Shown here in pieces: positions 42,977 to 53,004 of a DNA stretch of 64,000 nucleotides. Position numbers and translations under genes: made by a program. A model generated the notes under the pieces. The model was given only the letters and a program-made list of their open reading frames with translations. It ran no database searches and was not told the origin of the DNA. Source of the stretch: Nitrospirota bacterium (lineage in GTDB: Bacteria > Nitrospirota > UBA9217); assembly GCA_963740085.1 (NCBI GenBank), contig CAVUCU010000005.1:288001-352000 (forward strand), in the 5' to 3' direction. Each line of letters opens with the position of its first letter. Positions within the stretch are counted from its first letter, which is position 1.

Positions 42977-44437
42977 TCAGAAATCCAGCGGGCTCTTCGT
43001 TTCTTTAATGGTTTTGCTCGGGACACAGTGGGTATAGATCATCGTCGTGCGCACATCCGCATGCCCGAGCAGCGTCTGGATGGTGCGAATATCGTAGTTC
43101 GCCTGTAAGAGATGTGTCGCAAAACTATGGCGGAACGTGTGGGAGGTGACGCGCTTCGTGAGTTTGGCCCGTCTGACCGCCGCATACAGCGCCTCCTGGA
43201 CAGCGGTTTCATGCAGATGATACCGCCGAAGTTCCTTTGTCTCCGCGAGGTAGGTCAACGCCTCCTGCGGGAAGAACCACTGCCAGATGAAGTCCTTCGA
43301 AGCGTTCCGGTATTTCTTATCCAAAGAGTCGTCAAGAAACACTCCCGCATAGCCCGCTATCAGGTCTTCATCATGAACGCTTTTCACCGCTTCTATCTGC
43401 ACCAGCAATTCCTGCATAAGCGTCTGCGGAATGGGCACGGTACGGACCTTGTTGCCCTTCCCGCGAATGGTAAGTACCCCGTCGTCGAAGTTGAAATCCA
43501 GCACCCGCAGCTTCACACCCTCGAAGAGCCGCAAACCGCAGCCGTACAGGAGCTTCACCAGAAGCTGGTGCGGATGGCCCAGGTGCTTCAGCACAGCATC
43601 GATCTCGTCGCGCGAAAGGACGATCGGGATATAGTTCGATTTTTTCGCGCGCGGAGTGTCCTTGTGATCGCCGAAATCCTTCTTCAGAATATGCCGGAAG
43701 AGAAAGAGCACCGCATTGAACGCCTGGTTCTGCGTTGATGCCGAGACCTTGCATTTTACCGCGAGATAGGTGAGATACGCCTTCACGTCCACTGCCGACA
43801 AATCGATTGGCGGTTTGTTCTTCAAATAGCTTTGGAACTTGCGGATCCAATCAGCATACGTTTTGAACGTTTTCCGGGAATAATGCCGCGTCGTGATCTC
43901 GGCCTCCAGCTTGTTAATGACCGCGTCCCATTCCGGGGAGCCGGACTTTTCCAGACACCGCCACTCGTTGTACTGCTTGCCGCTCCTTTGACCGGACCCC
44001 TTGTTTGCACTCTCTCCCTCAGTAAGTGGGGCCGGGGTCAGGGTGGGTTTTTTCGCTGAGATCTTTTGAGAAGGATGGGTTATAGCCGGGTTATTTACAC
44101 GTTCTAATTTCCTTTGCATCGGACCCGAGGAAGAGACCGTCGCCATCGTCCCGGCAACAGACGCTACAGCCTGCTTCTTCCGGGGCTGCATGGCGAAAAA
44201 GAGCGAGAGGGCATGCGCCGCCTGCTCGAGTTTCTTTTGCGACTGGTTCTTTGACCTCAGCTTTTCGATAAACAGGCGCACCTGTTCTGAACGGGAATCC
44301 GGAGGAGGATATTTAACGCGAAAATCCAAGTAATACATGAGCCATTTGCGGTAATCAGGCCATGAAGCAGGCGGGACAGCCTTCTGTTCCATAATAGCGT
44401 CAAAGGGTTTAAGAATGTTCTCCGGGATGGGAAGCAT
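42977..44437 (-). CDS. intI: Integron integrase with long N-terminal extension
   Basis: SASTQNQAFNA, YGCGLR, GKGNK, integron-specific insert (LDKKYRNASKDFIWQWFFP), HTFRHSFATHLL, LLGH, TTMIYTH; GGAGG RBS before ATG at 44437. Confidence 0.95.
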   Translation of the reverse strand: MLPIPENILKPFDAIMEQKAVPPASWPDYRKWLMYYLDFRVKYPPPDSRSEQVRLFIEKLRSKNQSQKKLEQAAHALSLFFAMQPRKKQAVASVAGTMATVSSSGPMQRKLERVNNPAITHPSQKISAKKPTLTPAPLTEGESANKGSGQRSGKQYNEWRCLEKSGSPEWDAVINKLEAEITTRHYSRKTFKTYADWIRKFQSYLKNKPPIDLSAVDVKAYLTYLAVKCKVSASTQNQAFNAVLFLFRHILKKDFGDHKDTPRAKKSNYIPIVLSRDEIDAVLKHLGHPHQLLVKLLYGCGLRLFEGVKLRVLDFNFDDGVLTIRGKGNKVRTVPIPQTLMQELLVQIEAVKSVHDEDLIAGYAGVFLDDSLDKKYRNASKDFIWQWFFPQEALTYLAETKELRRYHLHETAVQEALYAAVRRAKLTKRVTSHTFRHSFATHLLQANYDIRTIQTLLGHADVRTTMIYTHCVPSKTIKETKSPLDF

Positions 44438-44524
44438 AAGATCAATCCTCCGTTGAATATGCATTTTGCATATTGGTCCGACGAAGTTTTATTTTCCGTT
44501 TCTTGCATATTAGTCAGCAACTGA

Positions 44525-44553
44525 ATTGTAATGAAATCCGCCGGTTACGTCAA
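44525..44553 (-). promoter_or_regulatory. Putative intI promoter (Pint)
   Basis: Minus strand TTGACG-17 nt-TACAAT. Confidence 0.7.
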
Positions 44554-44570
44554 GTATTTTTCAAATTATC

Positions 44571-44600
44571 TTGACCAATTCATATTAGTTATGCTACCGT
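44571..44600 (+). promoter_or_regulatory. Putative cassette promoter (Pc)
   Basis: TTGACC-18 nt-TACCGT with TG extension, pointing into the array. Confidence 0.45.
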
Positions 44601-44604
44601 AGCC

Positions 44605-44628
44605 CGTCCCTATAATATCTTGTTGGAA
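44605..44628 (+). other. Putative attI site
   Basis: AT-rich tataatatctt followed by GTTGGAA core, between intI and the first attC-like structure. Confidence 0.5.
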
Positions 44629-44630
44629 CT

Positions 44631-44682
44631 GTCCAACGAGCAGTTCGAGCCCGACAAGCGGCTCAACACTTTGAAGTCAAAC
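44631..44682 (+). other. Degenerate attC closing an almost empty cassette
   Basis: R'' GTCCAAC, L'' GTTCGAGC / L' GCTCAAC with one extra base; R' reads GTCAAAC rather than GTT. Confidence 0.5.
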
Positions 44683-44706
44683 AAGAAGCATGATGAGGGA
44701 CACGTT

Positions 44707-45126
44707 ATGCCAGTACCTCCAGAATATCAACGTGCATCGCAAGATTTCTATAAGTTCCTTGAGGATGCGAAGGATACTTCTGGTTTGACAACCACACATC
44801 AGGTCTATACGATGGCCCAAGGCGTACTGCAAGTCTTTCGTCGCCGCCTTGATGTCAAGGATGCAATCCTCTTTGCTAATGTGCTGCCGCCGGTGTTGCG
44901 CGCCATCTTCGTGGCCGATTGGGATACGGATGAGGACAAACGCCCGTTCGAGGATCGCGCTATCATGACGAAGGAAGTTCAGTCTCTACGAGCCGATCAC
45001 AACTTCGCACCTGAGTCTTCTATTCGCGATGTCGCCATTGCTCTAAGGCAAAACGTAGATGAAGCCGCACTCGATAGCGTCCTTGCTAAGCTTCCAGATG
45101 GTGCTGTGCAATTCTGGCATCCATAG
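44707..45126 (+). CDS. Cassette gene, DUF2267-like protein
   Basis: GAGGGA RBS; GVLQVFRRRL...FANVLP..LRAIFV..W pattern; followed by attC. Confidence 0.8.
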   Translation: MPVPPEYQRASQDFYKFLEDAKDTSGLTTTHQVYTMAQGVLQVFRRRLDVKDAILFANVLPPVLRAIFVADWDTDEDKRPFEDRAIMTKEVQSLRADHNFAPESSIRDVAIALRQNVDEAALDSVLAKLPDGAVQFWHP

Positions 45127-45165
45127 CATATCTGATAGACCCAAGAAGTCAGACAGCAAACAACG

Positions 45166-45223
45166 TTCCAACCAGCCGGTCGAGAGGGGCACGCTATCGC
45201 GGCCCCTCACCGGCGCGTTAATT
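45166..45223 (+). other. attC site
   Basis: TTCCAAC-cagcc-GGTCGAGAGGGGC ... GCCCCTCACC-ggcgc-GTTAATT, with extrahelical bases on the left arm. Confidence 0.85.
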
Positions 45224-45230
45224 CAGTACT

Positions 45231-46094
45231 ATGAGCACGACTACTCGCAAACCAAGCACAAAAAATCACTGGATACCTGTTGGATTTATGAAAGGATTTT
45301 CCATCGGTTTCCCAAAGACCCTATTCGAAGATGGTAGAGATCATCTGATATATTTGGGAATTAAGGGCGACTGTAATATCAAGAAGGAAAAGGCTGAGTC
45401 TCATTTTTTTAAAAACAACCTGTATTCCACATTTTATGCAGATGGAACTCATGACGATAAGATTGAGAAGATTCTAGCAGAACATGACGATCATTTATTA
45501 CAGATGTCTCGTTATTTATATAGTTACTTCTTTGATGAAGGCTATAAGGAAAAACTAGGCTTAACAGAAACTGTAAAGGCAAATCTTATCGAGTTCATGA
45601 AGATTGGTTATAAACGTTCTTACCCTTTTCTTAAGTCTTTAAAAGATAAAGTTGATAAGGCATTTCCTAACGAAAGTGAAAAACAAAAGAAGAATTTTGT
45701 TATTCACTTGTTCTGCCAATTTGGAGAGGGACAGCACAAAGGGATTCCATCAGTTGACGATGTGTTATCAAAAAAGGGGACAATTATATTTATTATTAGA
45801 TCAAACAAAAAAAGATTCATTATGTCAGACAATTTATTTTACCAATTGCAGCAAGATGGTTTAGCAAATAAGGACAACGAGTTTTGCTTCCCGTTAAATG
45901 AAAAAATATTCATCTTAAAAACAGCACATCTTAGCGGCAAACAGTATAAGATTCAAGAACTTTATGATAAGGATATAGATACTATACGTTATATTAACGA
46001 GCGAACTGTAGTTACTGCACATAGTAAATTGGCGGGTTCTAATAAACTGCTATTGCAGTCATTATGCCGAGGAGCGTCATGGAAGACTCGATAA
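45231..46094 (+). CDS. Cassette gene, DUF4238-like protein (AT-rich)
   Basis: N-terminal NHWIP..F.K.F, NLY, IE..LA, FIMSDN; markedly lower GC than host genes. Confidence 0.75.
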   Translation: MSTTTRKPSTKNHWIPVGFMKGFSIGFPKTLFEDGRDHLIYLGIKGDCNIKKEKAESHFFKNNLYSTFYADGTHDDKIEKILAEHDDHLLQMSRYLYSYFFDEGYKEKLGLTETVKANLIEFMKIGYKRSYPFLKSLKDKVDKAFPNESEKQKKNFVIHLFCQFGEGQHKGIPSVDDVLSKKGTIIFIIRSNKKRFIMSDNLFYQLQQDGLANKDNEFCFPLNEKIFILKTAHLSGKQYKIQELYDKDIDTIRYINERTVVTAHSKLAGSNKLLLQSLCRGASWKTR

Positions 46095-46106
46095 CAACCC
46101 AGTTGG

Positions 46107-46137
46107 TAGGTCGGGTAGACCGCAGTGAAACCCGACG
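46107..46137. repeat. GTAG-type REP-like hairpin inside the cassette array
   Basis: gtagGTCGGGTagaccgcagtgaaACCCGAC. Confidence 0.6.
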
Positions 46138-46141
46138 ATGA

Positions 46142-46202
46142 TTCTAACGAGGCGGGTCCACAGCGACGCGCCAAAAAGCGGCGCGTGACCCGCTGGTTGG
46201 TC
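46142..46202 (+). other. attC site
   Basis: TTCTAAC ... GCGGGTCCAC..ACGCGCC-loop-GGCGCGTGACCCGC-tg-GTTGGTC. Confidence 0.8.
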
Positions 46203-46227
46203 TGATGAGAGGGCGACAAAAATCGAT

Positions 46228-46700
46228 ATGCAAACACTAACCTTTAAAAATGATCCAAACCGCTTCGATGAGGTGAAAAAGGCCCAGCTCAAGAAATGGG
46301 TACCCATCCCATACTAATCGTGGCCTTCGGTGTGGGCATGTATATCGCAGTGAGTTCTAAGAATAACTCCGCCGATTTTTTAATCGCTACGGCACCGTTC
46401 ACAGTCATCTTTGCTTTCATTATTGTCAGCATTAGATCGTTTAGTATAATTTCAAGACATAAACGCCGATATGAATCTTACCGCCTGATGATCGATGATA
46501 ACGCCATTATCCGAGAACAGATGGGCTCCCCGGTCGTCAGGTTATTAATAAGCGATATCCTGCGGATCGAGAAAGATAGGTATGGACGCTTCACTATCAG
46601 GGGAAAGAACTACAGCGATGTGATTGATGTTGCTGAACAAGTCGAGAATTACAATGAACTGGAAGGCATCCTTCAGCGGATTAAACCTTTCAATGTCTAG
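46228..46700 (+). pseudogene. Cassette membrane-protein gene broken by a 5-bp tandem duplication
   Basis: MQTLTFKNDPNRFDEVKKAQLKKWVP joins ILIVAFGVG... if one CCCAT of the pair at 46303-46312 is removed. Confidence 0.65.
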
Positions 46701-46876
46701 GCGTCGGCGGCCCCTCTGATCTGGTGTGGTCGCATTTTCGCGATATCCGCGATATTAAACGCTTGGCAAGTATTTGGAATGCTCTGGCACCTTCACATTG
46801 GCTCATTCTCTACCAACACAGTAACCGTCATAAAGAATGGCTGCCGAATAAACGCGATGAATTCGCGAGAGCCATA

Positions 46877-46949
46877 GGTTCACGCACCATAGAAACGTTT
46901 CGCGCAAGAACGGGGGCAAGAGACGTTGCATTTCTATGCGCCGTTAAAT
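46877..46949 (+). other. Possible degenerate attC
   Basis: CATAGAAA/TTTCTATG arms followed by GTTAAAT; no intact R'' AAC. Confidence 0.35.
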
Positions 46950-47002
46950 CATAATATTACAGTCCCCCCCGGATCGAGCAGGTGAAAAAAACCGCCCCGC
47001 AC

Positions 47003-47052
47003 ATGATAAATTTAGGCTTGCAAACAGCCCCATAATCAGTTAAATTTATCAT
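47003..47052 (+). promoter_or_regulatory. hicBA promoter bracketed by a 12-bp inverted repeat
   Basis: ATGATAAATTTA ... TAAATTTATCAT around TTGCAA-17 nt-TAAATT. Confidence 0.7.
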
Positions 47053-47066
47053 CAGAGGTGCTTAAA

Positions 47067-47267
47067 ATGAAGATAGATATTGAGAAAGAAGAAGACGGGC
47101 GTTGGATTGCCGAAGTATCCGATCTCCCTGGCGTCTTAACTTATGGAAAAACGCGTGAAGATGCCATCGCCAAAGTTGAAGCTCTTGCTCTGCGAGTGAT
47201 TGCGGATCGGATAGATCATGGTGAGACCATTCCGGAACTCGATGAACTTTTCGCGGTCACTGCATGA
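47067..47267 (+). CDS. hicB: HicB-family antitoxin (short form)
   Basis: EKEEDGRWIAEVSDLPGVLTYGKTREDA. Confidence 0.9.
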   Translation: MKIDIEKEEDGRWIAEVSDLPGVLTYGKTREDAIAKVEALALRVIADRIDHGETIPELDELFAVTA

Positions 47268-47479
47268 GTCAATGGCCTTCCGCGAAAGCCCGCTTGGTTC
47301 TTGCCGCACTCCTTCATATCGGCTGGTCTGTCAAACGAGAGACCGCCGGTTCCCACCGCATTCTTTCACGGCCCGGATGGCCTGATTATGTCTTCGCCTT
47401 TCATGATGGTACTGAAATAGGACCGCGTATGCTTGCTCGCATTGCGAAGAAGACGGGTCTCCAGCCTGCCGATTTATAG
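47264..47479 (+). CDS. hicA: HicA-family toxin
   Basis: GW...R..GSH, FH...EIGP.ML.RI; ATGA overlap with hicB. Confidence 0.9.
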   Translation: MSQWPSAKARLVLAALLHIGWSVKRETAGSHRILSRPGWPDYVFAFHDGTEIGPRMLARIAKKTGLQPADL

Positions 47480-47493
47480 AATAACCGAATTAT

Positions 47494-47549
47494 TCCCAAC
47501 TTGTCGTTCCACGCCGACCGCTTCGCGGCGTGTGAACTCGTCGTTAAGG
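47494..47549 (+). other. attC site
   Basis: TCCCAAC-ttgtc-GTTCCACGCCG-loop-CGGCGTGTGAAC-tcgtc-GTTAAGG. Confidence 0.85.
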
Positions 47550-47560
47550 CGTTCAAAAAC

Positions 47561-48878
<1,318 letters not shown>

Positions 48879-48991
48879 CTGGTGCATAGAACTAAAGAAA
48901 AGGCCGACCATGGAATGGAGAAGGTTCTCCCGCGCTGCGCTTTGCTCCGTTCCGGAAACCTCTCAATCCAGACGTGATGCGAGAAAAACCC

Positions 48992-49441
48992 ATGGACATT
49001 TTTTTAGAGGCCGCCATTGAGGAGGCGAAAAAGGGGATGGCCGAAGGGGGCATTCCTATCGGATCGGTGCTCGTTATTGACGGCCGAATAGTCGGGCGCG
49101 GTCATAACCAGCGCGTGCAAAAAGGAAGCGCGGTATTGCACGCGGAAATGGCTTGTTTGGAAAATGCAGGGCGCATTCAAGCGGCGGATTATCGTCGGGC
49201 AACCTTGTACTCAACGCTGTCTCCCTGCGATATGTGCAGCGGCGCGGTGCTCCTCTATGGGATCCCGAAGGTGGTTATTGGAGAGAACCGTACCTTTTGC
49301 GGGCCGGAAGCATATGTAAGGTCGCGAGGCGTGGACGTGGTGATCATCGACAACCAGGAATGTCGTCAGCTTATGTTGACGTTCATTAAAAATAATACAG
49401 CCCTGTGGAATGAAGATATTGGCGTGGAGAATACCGCATGA
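48992..49441 (+). CDS. Cytosine/nucleoside deaminase (CDA fold)
   Basis: GGIPIGSVL, HAE, PCDMC. Confidence 0.9.
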   Translation: MDIFLEAAIEEAKKGMAEGGIPIGSVLVIDGRIVGRGHNQRVQKGSAVLHAEMACLENAGRIQAADYRRATLYSTLSPCDMCSGAVLLYGIPKVVIGENRTFCGPEAYVRSRGVDVVIIDNQECRQLMLTFIKNNTALWNEDIGVENTA

Positions 49442-49517
49442 CAGATCGCACCTTTGAACGCCATCCTGCTGCGCTCCCCGGCAGCGGGGGCGCCTGGTCG
49501 CGTGAGAAAGGATCACT

Positions 49518-50162
49518 ATGACGCTGTCGAATCCTCTGATCGTCGTCGCAATTCTTTTTGCCCTTCTCGGCCTTATCTTTCTTATCATGACCATTGCAGC
49601 CCTGAAGAAGAAAAAGGTATTCGGCACGGCCATGAACTTCGTGATCGCGTTGCTGATGATCTCCCTGGCCGCCCTGTTCGGCACCCTCATCGTTGCTATT
49701 CAGGGGTATCACGCATTGACCAGAGAGGAACTTGCGGCGATCGTGAACGTTGAGCCGATTGGTGAAAAGAAGTTCATTGCCCGGTTTTCTTTGCCGGATG
49801 GCGGCGAAAAAGCATTCTCTCTGTCCGGTGATCAGCTTTATATTGACGCCCACATTCTCAAATGGAAACCGCTTGCAAACATATTCGGGCTGCACACCTC
49901 CTATGAACTCGATCGCGTGGCGGGCCGCTATGCGATCCTCAACGATGAAACGACAAAGGTCCATACGGTTTATTCGTTGTCCAGGGACAGACCCCTTGAC
50001 CTGTTCGATCTTCGGCGCAGGTTTGCGATCCTTAATCCCCTGCTTGATGCCGAGTATGGGTCCGCTACATTCATGAACATGAACAGCGCGGAAGAATTCC
50101 GGGTAATGGTTTCTACAACAGGACTGCTGATCAGAAAGACCGAAAAGGGAACCGGGCAGTAG
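49518..50162 (+). CDS. Hypothetical membrane protein
   Basis: Two N-terminal TM helices; GDQ..IDA.ILKW, YELDRV.GRY. Confidence 0.75.
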   Translation: MTLSNPLIVVAILFALLGLIFLIMTIAALKKKKVFGTAMNFVIALLMISLAALFGTLIVAIQGYHALTREELAAIVNVEPIGEKKFIARFSLPDGGEKAFSLSGDQLYIDAHILKWKPLANIFGLHTSYELDRVAGRYAILNDETTKVHTVYSLSRDRPLDLFDLRRRFAILNPLLDAEYGSATFMNMNSAEEFRVMVSTTGLLIRKTEKGTGQ

Positions 50163-50187
50163 CCGGCACGGGCCAGGCAGTTTTTGC

Positions 50188-50237
50188 AAGTCGGGTAGAA
50201 CAGCGTAAAGACCGGACAAGTGTTATCCAACCTGACA
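50188..50237. repeat. Degenerate REP-like sequence between convergent genes
   Basis: gtcgggtaga ... tatccaacctgac resembles 46107-46137. Confidence 0.3.
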
Positions 50238-50243
50238 GGCCCG

Positions 50244-51098
50244 CTATAAGCGCTCCGCCGGCTTCGTCCCGATGGTATACAGCACGCCGACATCGAGCCA
50301 GATACCCTCTTTTGTCCTCAGCGTTTCGACCTCCCGCAGATGCTCGCGCTTGAACCGCTCCTGGTCCCCCGCGGTCAGCCGGGTTACCATCCTGCGGAGG
50401 CCCGCATTCCAGACGATCTCCCACCAGTCTTCCGCGTTGTGCAGATTGTAACCCACGTTCTTTTTCCGGACGACAATGTCCCTGAGCCCCGCCTGTGAAA
50501 AGAGCTCCCTGCTGCCGGCCTCGTTCGCAATGCGCCTCCAGGCCTGCGGATGCGGCGGCACACCGTAGGCCTCGATCCGGGCAAAGAACATCTCCTTTAA
50601 GGGGTAAAAATAGCTCTCCTCAAAGCAGGTGATCATGATCCTGCCGCCGGGCCTGACCGCGGAAACAATGTGCGCAAGCTGTGCGTCCATGTCCTCGACA
50701 AAGAAGATGCCGAAGGCGCAAACAGCAATATCAAACAGGCCCGCAGGGAAGTTAAGGTTCTGCATGTCTCTTTCGAGAAACTCGACGTTGGCGATATTCA
50801 GCGCTGCCGCCTTCTTCCGCGCCCGGTCGAGCATGCCGGGGGAAAAATCCACGGCAGTCACCCTCCCCTTTTTCAATATTTTCGAGATCGCGAGTGAAGC
50901 GTGCCCTGTTCCGCATGCCACGTCCAGCACCTGCTCGTCCCCGCGCAGGCCGAGAGAGGCGGCCATATGTTCCGCGCTTGCGGGAAAAAAGCGGAGCGCC
51001 CCGCTGTCATATCCGCCGGAAACGGAGTCGAAGGTCTCTTTCAGGAGCGCTTTAAGTTGTTGCTGATCGTTCAACTGTCCTCCCGTCTTTTTTGCCAT
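50244..51098 (-). CDS. Class I SAM-dependent methyltransferase
   Basis: VLDVACGTG, VDFSPGML, FDIAVC, VRPGG. Confidence 0.9.
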   Translation of the reverse strand: MAKKTGGQLNDQQQLKALLKETFDSVSGGYDSGALRFFPASAEHMAASLGLRGDEQVLDVACGTGHASLAISKILKKGRVTAVDFSPGMLDRARKKAAALNIANVEFLERDMQNLNFPAGLFDIAVCAFGIFFVEDMDAQLAHIVSAVRPGGRIMITCFEESYFYPLKEMFFARIEAYGVPPHPQAWRRIANEAGSRELFSQAGLRDIVVRKKNVGYNLHNAEDWWEIVWNAGLRRMVTRLTAGDQERFKREHLREVETLRTKEGIWLDVGVLYTIGTKPAERL

Positions 51099-51120
51099 TA
51101 CCGGCAAAAATTACAACTTT

Positions 51121-51486
51121 TTATGTCACTGCTTCCCGATGAACAATATCCGGCGAGAATGCAGGCAGACACACCGCGATATACTCAGCGCCGCCGTCAT
51201 AGGGAGTGCTGTACTGGACCCATTCGCCGGCTTCTAGGATGATCGCCTGTCCTGCTGATACCTCCACCTCTTTATTCTTGAGTTTGACCTTGAGCGTTCC
51301 CCGGAGGACAACCGTGTACTCACTGAATTCCGGCGTCTGCCCCGGTTCCGACCAGCCCGCAGGACTGGTCATCCTCGCAATGCTGACCTCGGCGGTCCGC
51401 GAGTTCACTCTCCCGACAAATTCCTCGATCTGTTTGGGCGGGCTTCCTGCAGCCTGGATCACTGTGGGCTTCTGAATATAATTCAT
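51121..51486 (-). CDS. Cupin-domain protein
   Basis: GWSEPGQTPEFSEYTVVL.G, AGQA, YIAVCLPAF. Confidence 0.85.
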   Translation of the reverse strand: MNYIQKPTVIQAAGSPPKQIEEFVGRVNSRTAEVSIARMTSPAGWSEPGQTPEFSEYTVVLRGTLKVKLKNKEVEVSAGQAIILEAGEWVQYSTPYDGGAEYIAVCLPAFSPDIVHREAVT

Positions 51487-51564
51487 ATTCCCTCCTTATC
51501 AAATAAGATCAGCAGGGGCCCTTCTCGTTTGACGTCTCCGCCACCTTCCCCCGCTGGACCGTGA

Positions 51565-51987
51565 TCAGAGCTCTATTAATTCCTTCGGCGCGAAATTGGT
51601 TTTCATGGTCCAGATCGAGGCCTTGCCGTTTTTCAGCCGGTATACGGCCAGGCTTCCGTAACCGTCGCGTTCGACCCAGGGCTTCAGGAATTCCCGCTTC
51701 TGCACGATCTCCTTTTTCAGTTCCAGGTCTTCAACAAGCTCGACCTTGCCGCTCACCCGTATCTGAATAAGATCCTCGAATTTGCCGTTGTTGAAGCTCA
51801 TCTCCACGTTCGGGTTTGCCGTCAATTGCTTATGAATGTCTTTCATCTTGCCGGTGTGGAATACTATTCCGTTTTCGTCAGCCCGATAGAGATACATTCC
51901 CCGGACGTGCGGCATATTTCCTTCAACCGTCGCCAGATGGAACACGGGATTGGCGTTCAGAAAGGTCACTATTTCTGTTTTATTCAT
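51565..51987 (-). CDS. Pyridoxamine-5'-phosphate oxidase-like FMN-binding protein
   Basis: LATVEG..PHVR, F.TGK.K...QL..NPNVE, IRVSG. Confidence 0.85.
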   Translation of the reverse strand: MNKTEIVTFLNANPVFHLATVEGNMPHVRGMYLYRADENGIVFHTGKMKDIHKQLTANPNVEMSFNNGKFEDLIQIRVSGKVELVEDLELKKEIVQKREFLKPWVERDGYGSLAVYRLKNGKASIWTMKTNFAPKELIEL

Positions 51988-52027
51988 GATTGGATCTCCT
52001 TTCGTTCTTTTATTTACTTCGCAATGT

Positions 52028-52057
52028 CCCCCTCACCTCTCCGCAGCGGGAGAGGAA
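52028..52057. repeat. CCTCTCC..GGAGAGG palindrome (REP-like)
   Basis: cccctcaCCTCTCCgcagcgGGAGAGGa. Confidence 0.5.
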
Positions 52058-52068
52058 TTTTTACCACT

Positions 52069-52962
52069 TCATTTATAGCTTTTCCCATATCTCAACTGGC
52101 CCAACAGCACCAGAACAACGCCGGACAGGATGATCGCCATGGCGATCATCTCAGTCCTGTGAAACTGCTCTCCCAGGATCCACATGCCCAACAGCACGGC
52201 AATGATCGGGTTCACATAGGCGTAACTGGTCGCGAGGGCGGGGCGTACCCTGCCGAGGAGATAGACATAGGACGTGAAACCCACCAGCGACCCGACGACC
52301 CCCAGGTACAGGACAGCGCTGATCGACCGCCAGGTCGGAACGATCGTGATCCTCTCGCCGATGGCGAAGCTGACGAGCAGAACGATTGCTCCGCCGGTGA
52401 TCATCTGGGCCGCACCGGCCATCATGCCCTTGGGAAGCCTCAGATGCTGGCTCCATGCCGAGCCGAAGGCCCAGGATATTGCCGCAAGGATGAGCAGCGC
52501 CGCACCCAGGGGACTTGTCCTGAGATCGCCCTCAAGATTGAGCACGACGATCCCGGCCAGTCCGACCAGCAGCCCGGCCCATTCGAGCCGGTTCGGCCAG
52601 CGCTTCCAGATGCCCGCGAACAGTACGGTCCAGAGCGGTGTCGTGGCGATCACGAGCGCCGCGAGGCCCGACGCCACCCATTGTTCCGCATAGGCCACGC
52701 CGGCGCTCCCTCCCAGCATGAGAAAAAAGCCGATGACCGCGGACCATAACCATTCTCGCAGGTCCGGATTGGGCGCTCCCCGCAGCCGGAGATAGATGTA
52801 GATGCCGATACCAAAAAGAAAAAAGCGGATCCCCATCAGGAAGAGCGGCGGCAGCTCATCCAATGCTATCCGGATCATGAGGTAGGTGGACCCCCAGGAG
52901 AGATAAACTGCCAGAAGCGCGAGAATGACGTTCGTTCTTCTCGATCCGTCAGATGCTGTCAT
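52069..52962 (-). CDS. EamA/DMT family transporter (YedA-like)
   Basis: VYLSWGSTY, SYAYVNP, about 10 TM segments. Confidence 0.92.
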   Translation of the reverse strand: MTASDGSRRTNVILALLAVYLSWGSTYLMIRIALDELPPLFLMGIRFFLFGIGIYIYLRLRGAPNPDLREWLWSAVIGFFLMLGGSAGVAYAEQWVASGLAALVIATTPLWTVLFAGIWKRWPNRLEWAGLLVGLAGIVVLNLEGDLRTSPLGAALLILAAISWAFGSAWSQHLRLPKGMMAGAAQMITGGAIVLLVSFAIGERITIVPTWRSISAVLYLGVVGSLVGFTSYVYLLGRVRPALATSYAYVNPIIAVLLGMWILGEQFHRTEMIAMAIILSGVVLVLLGQLRYGKSYK

Positions 52963-53004
52963 CGTAATTTTCTTCTCCCCTTGTACCGCTCTCGCGTACG
53001 CCTC

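Noticed and set aside
44465-44600. LexA box controlling intI
   Set aside because: No CTGT-N8-ACAG or GAAC-N4-GTTC match seen; a lineage-specific motif cannot be excluded.
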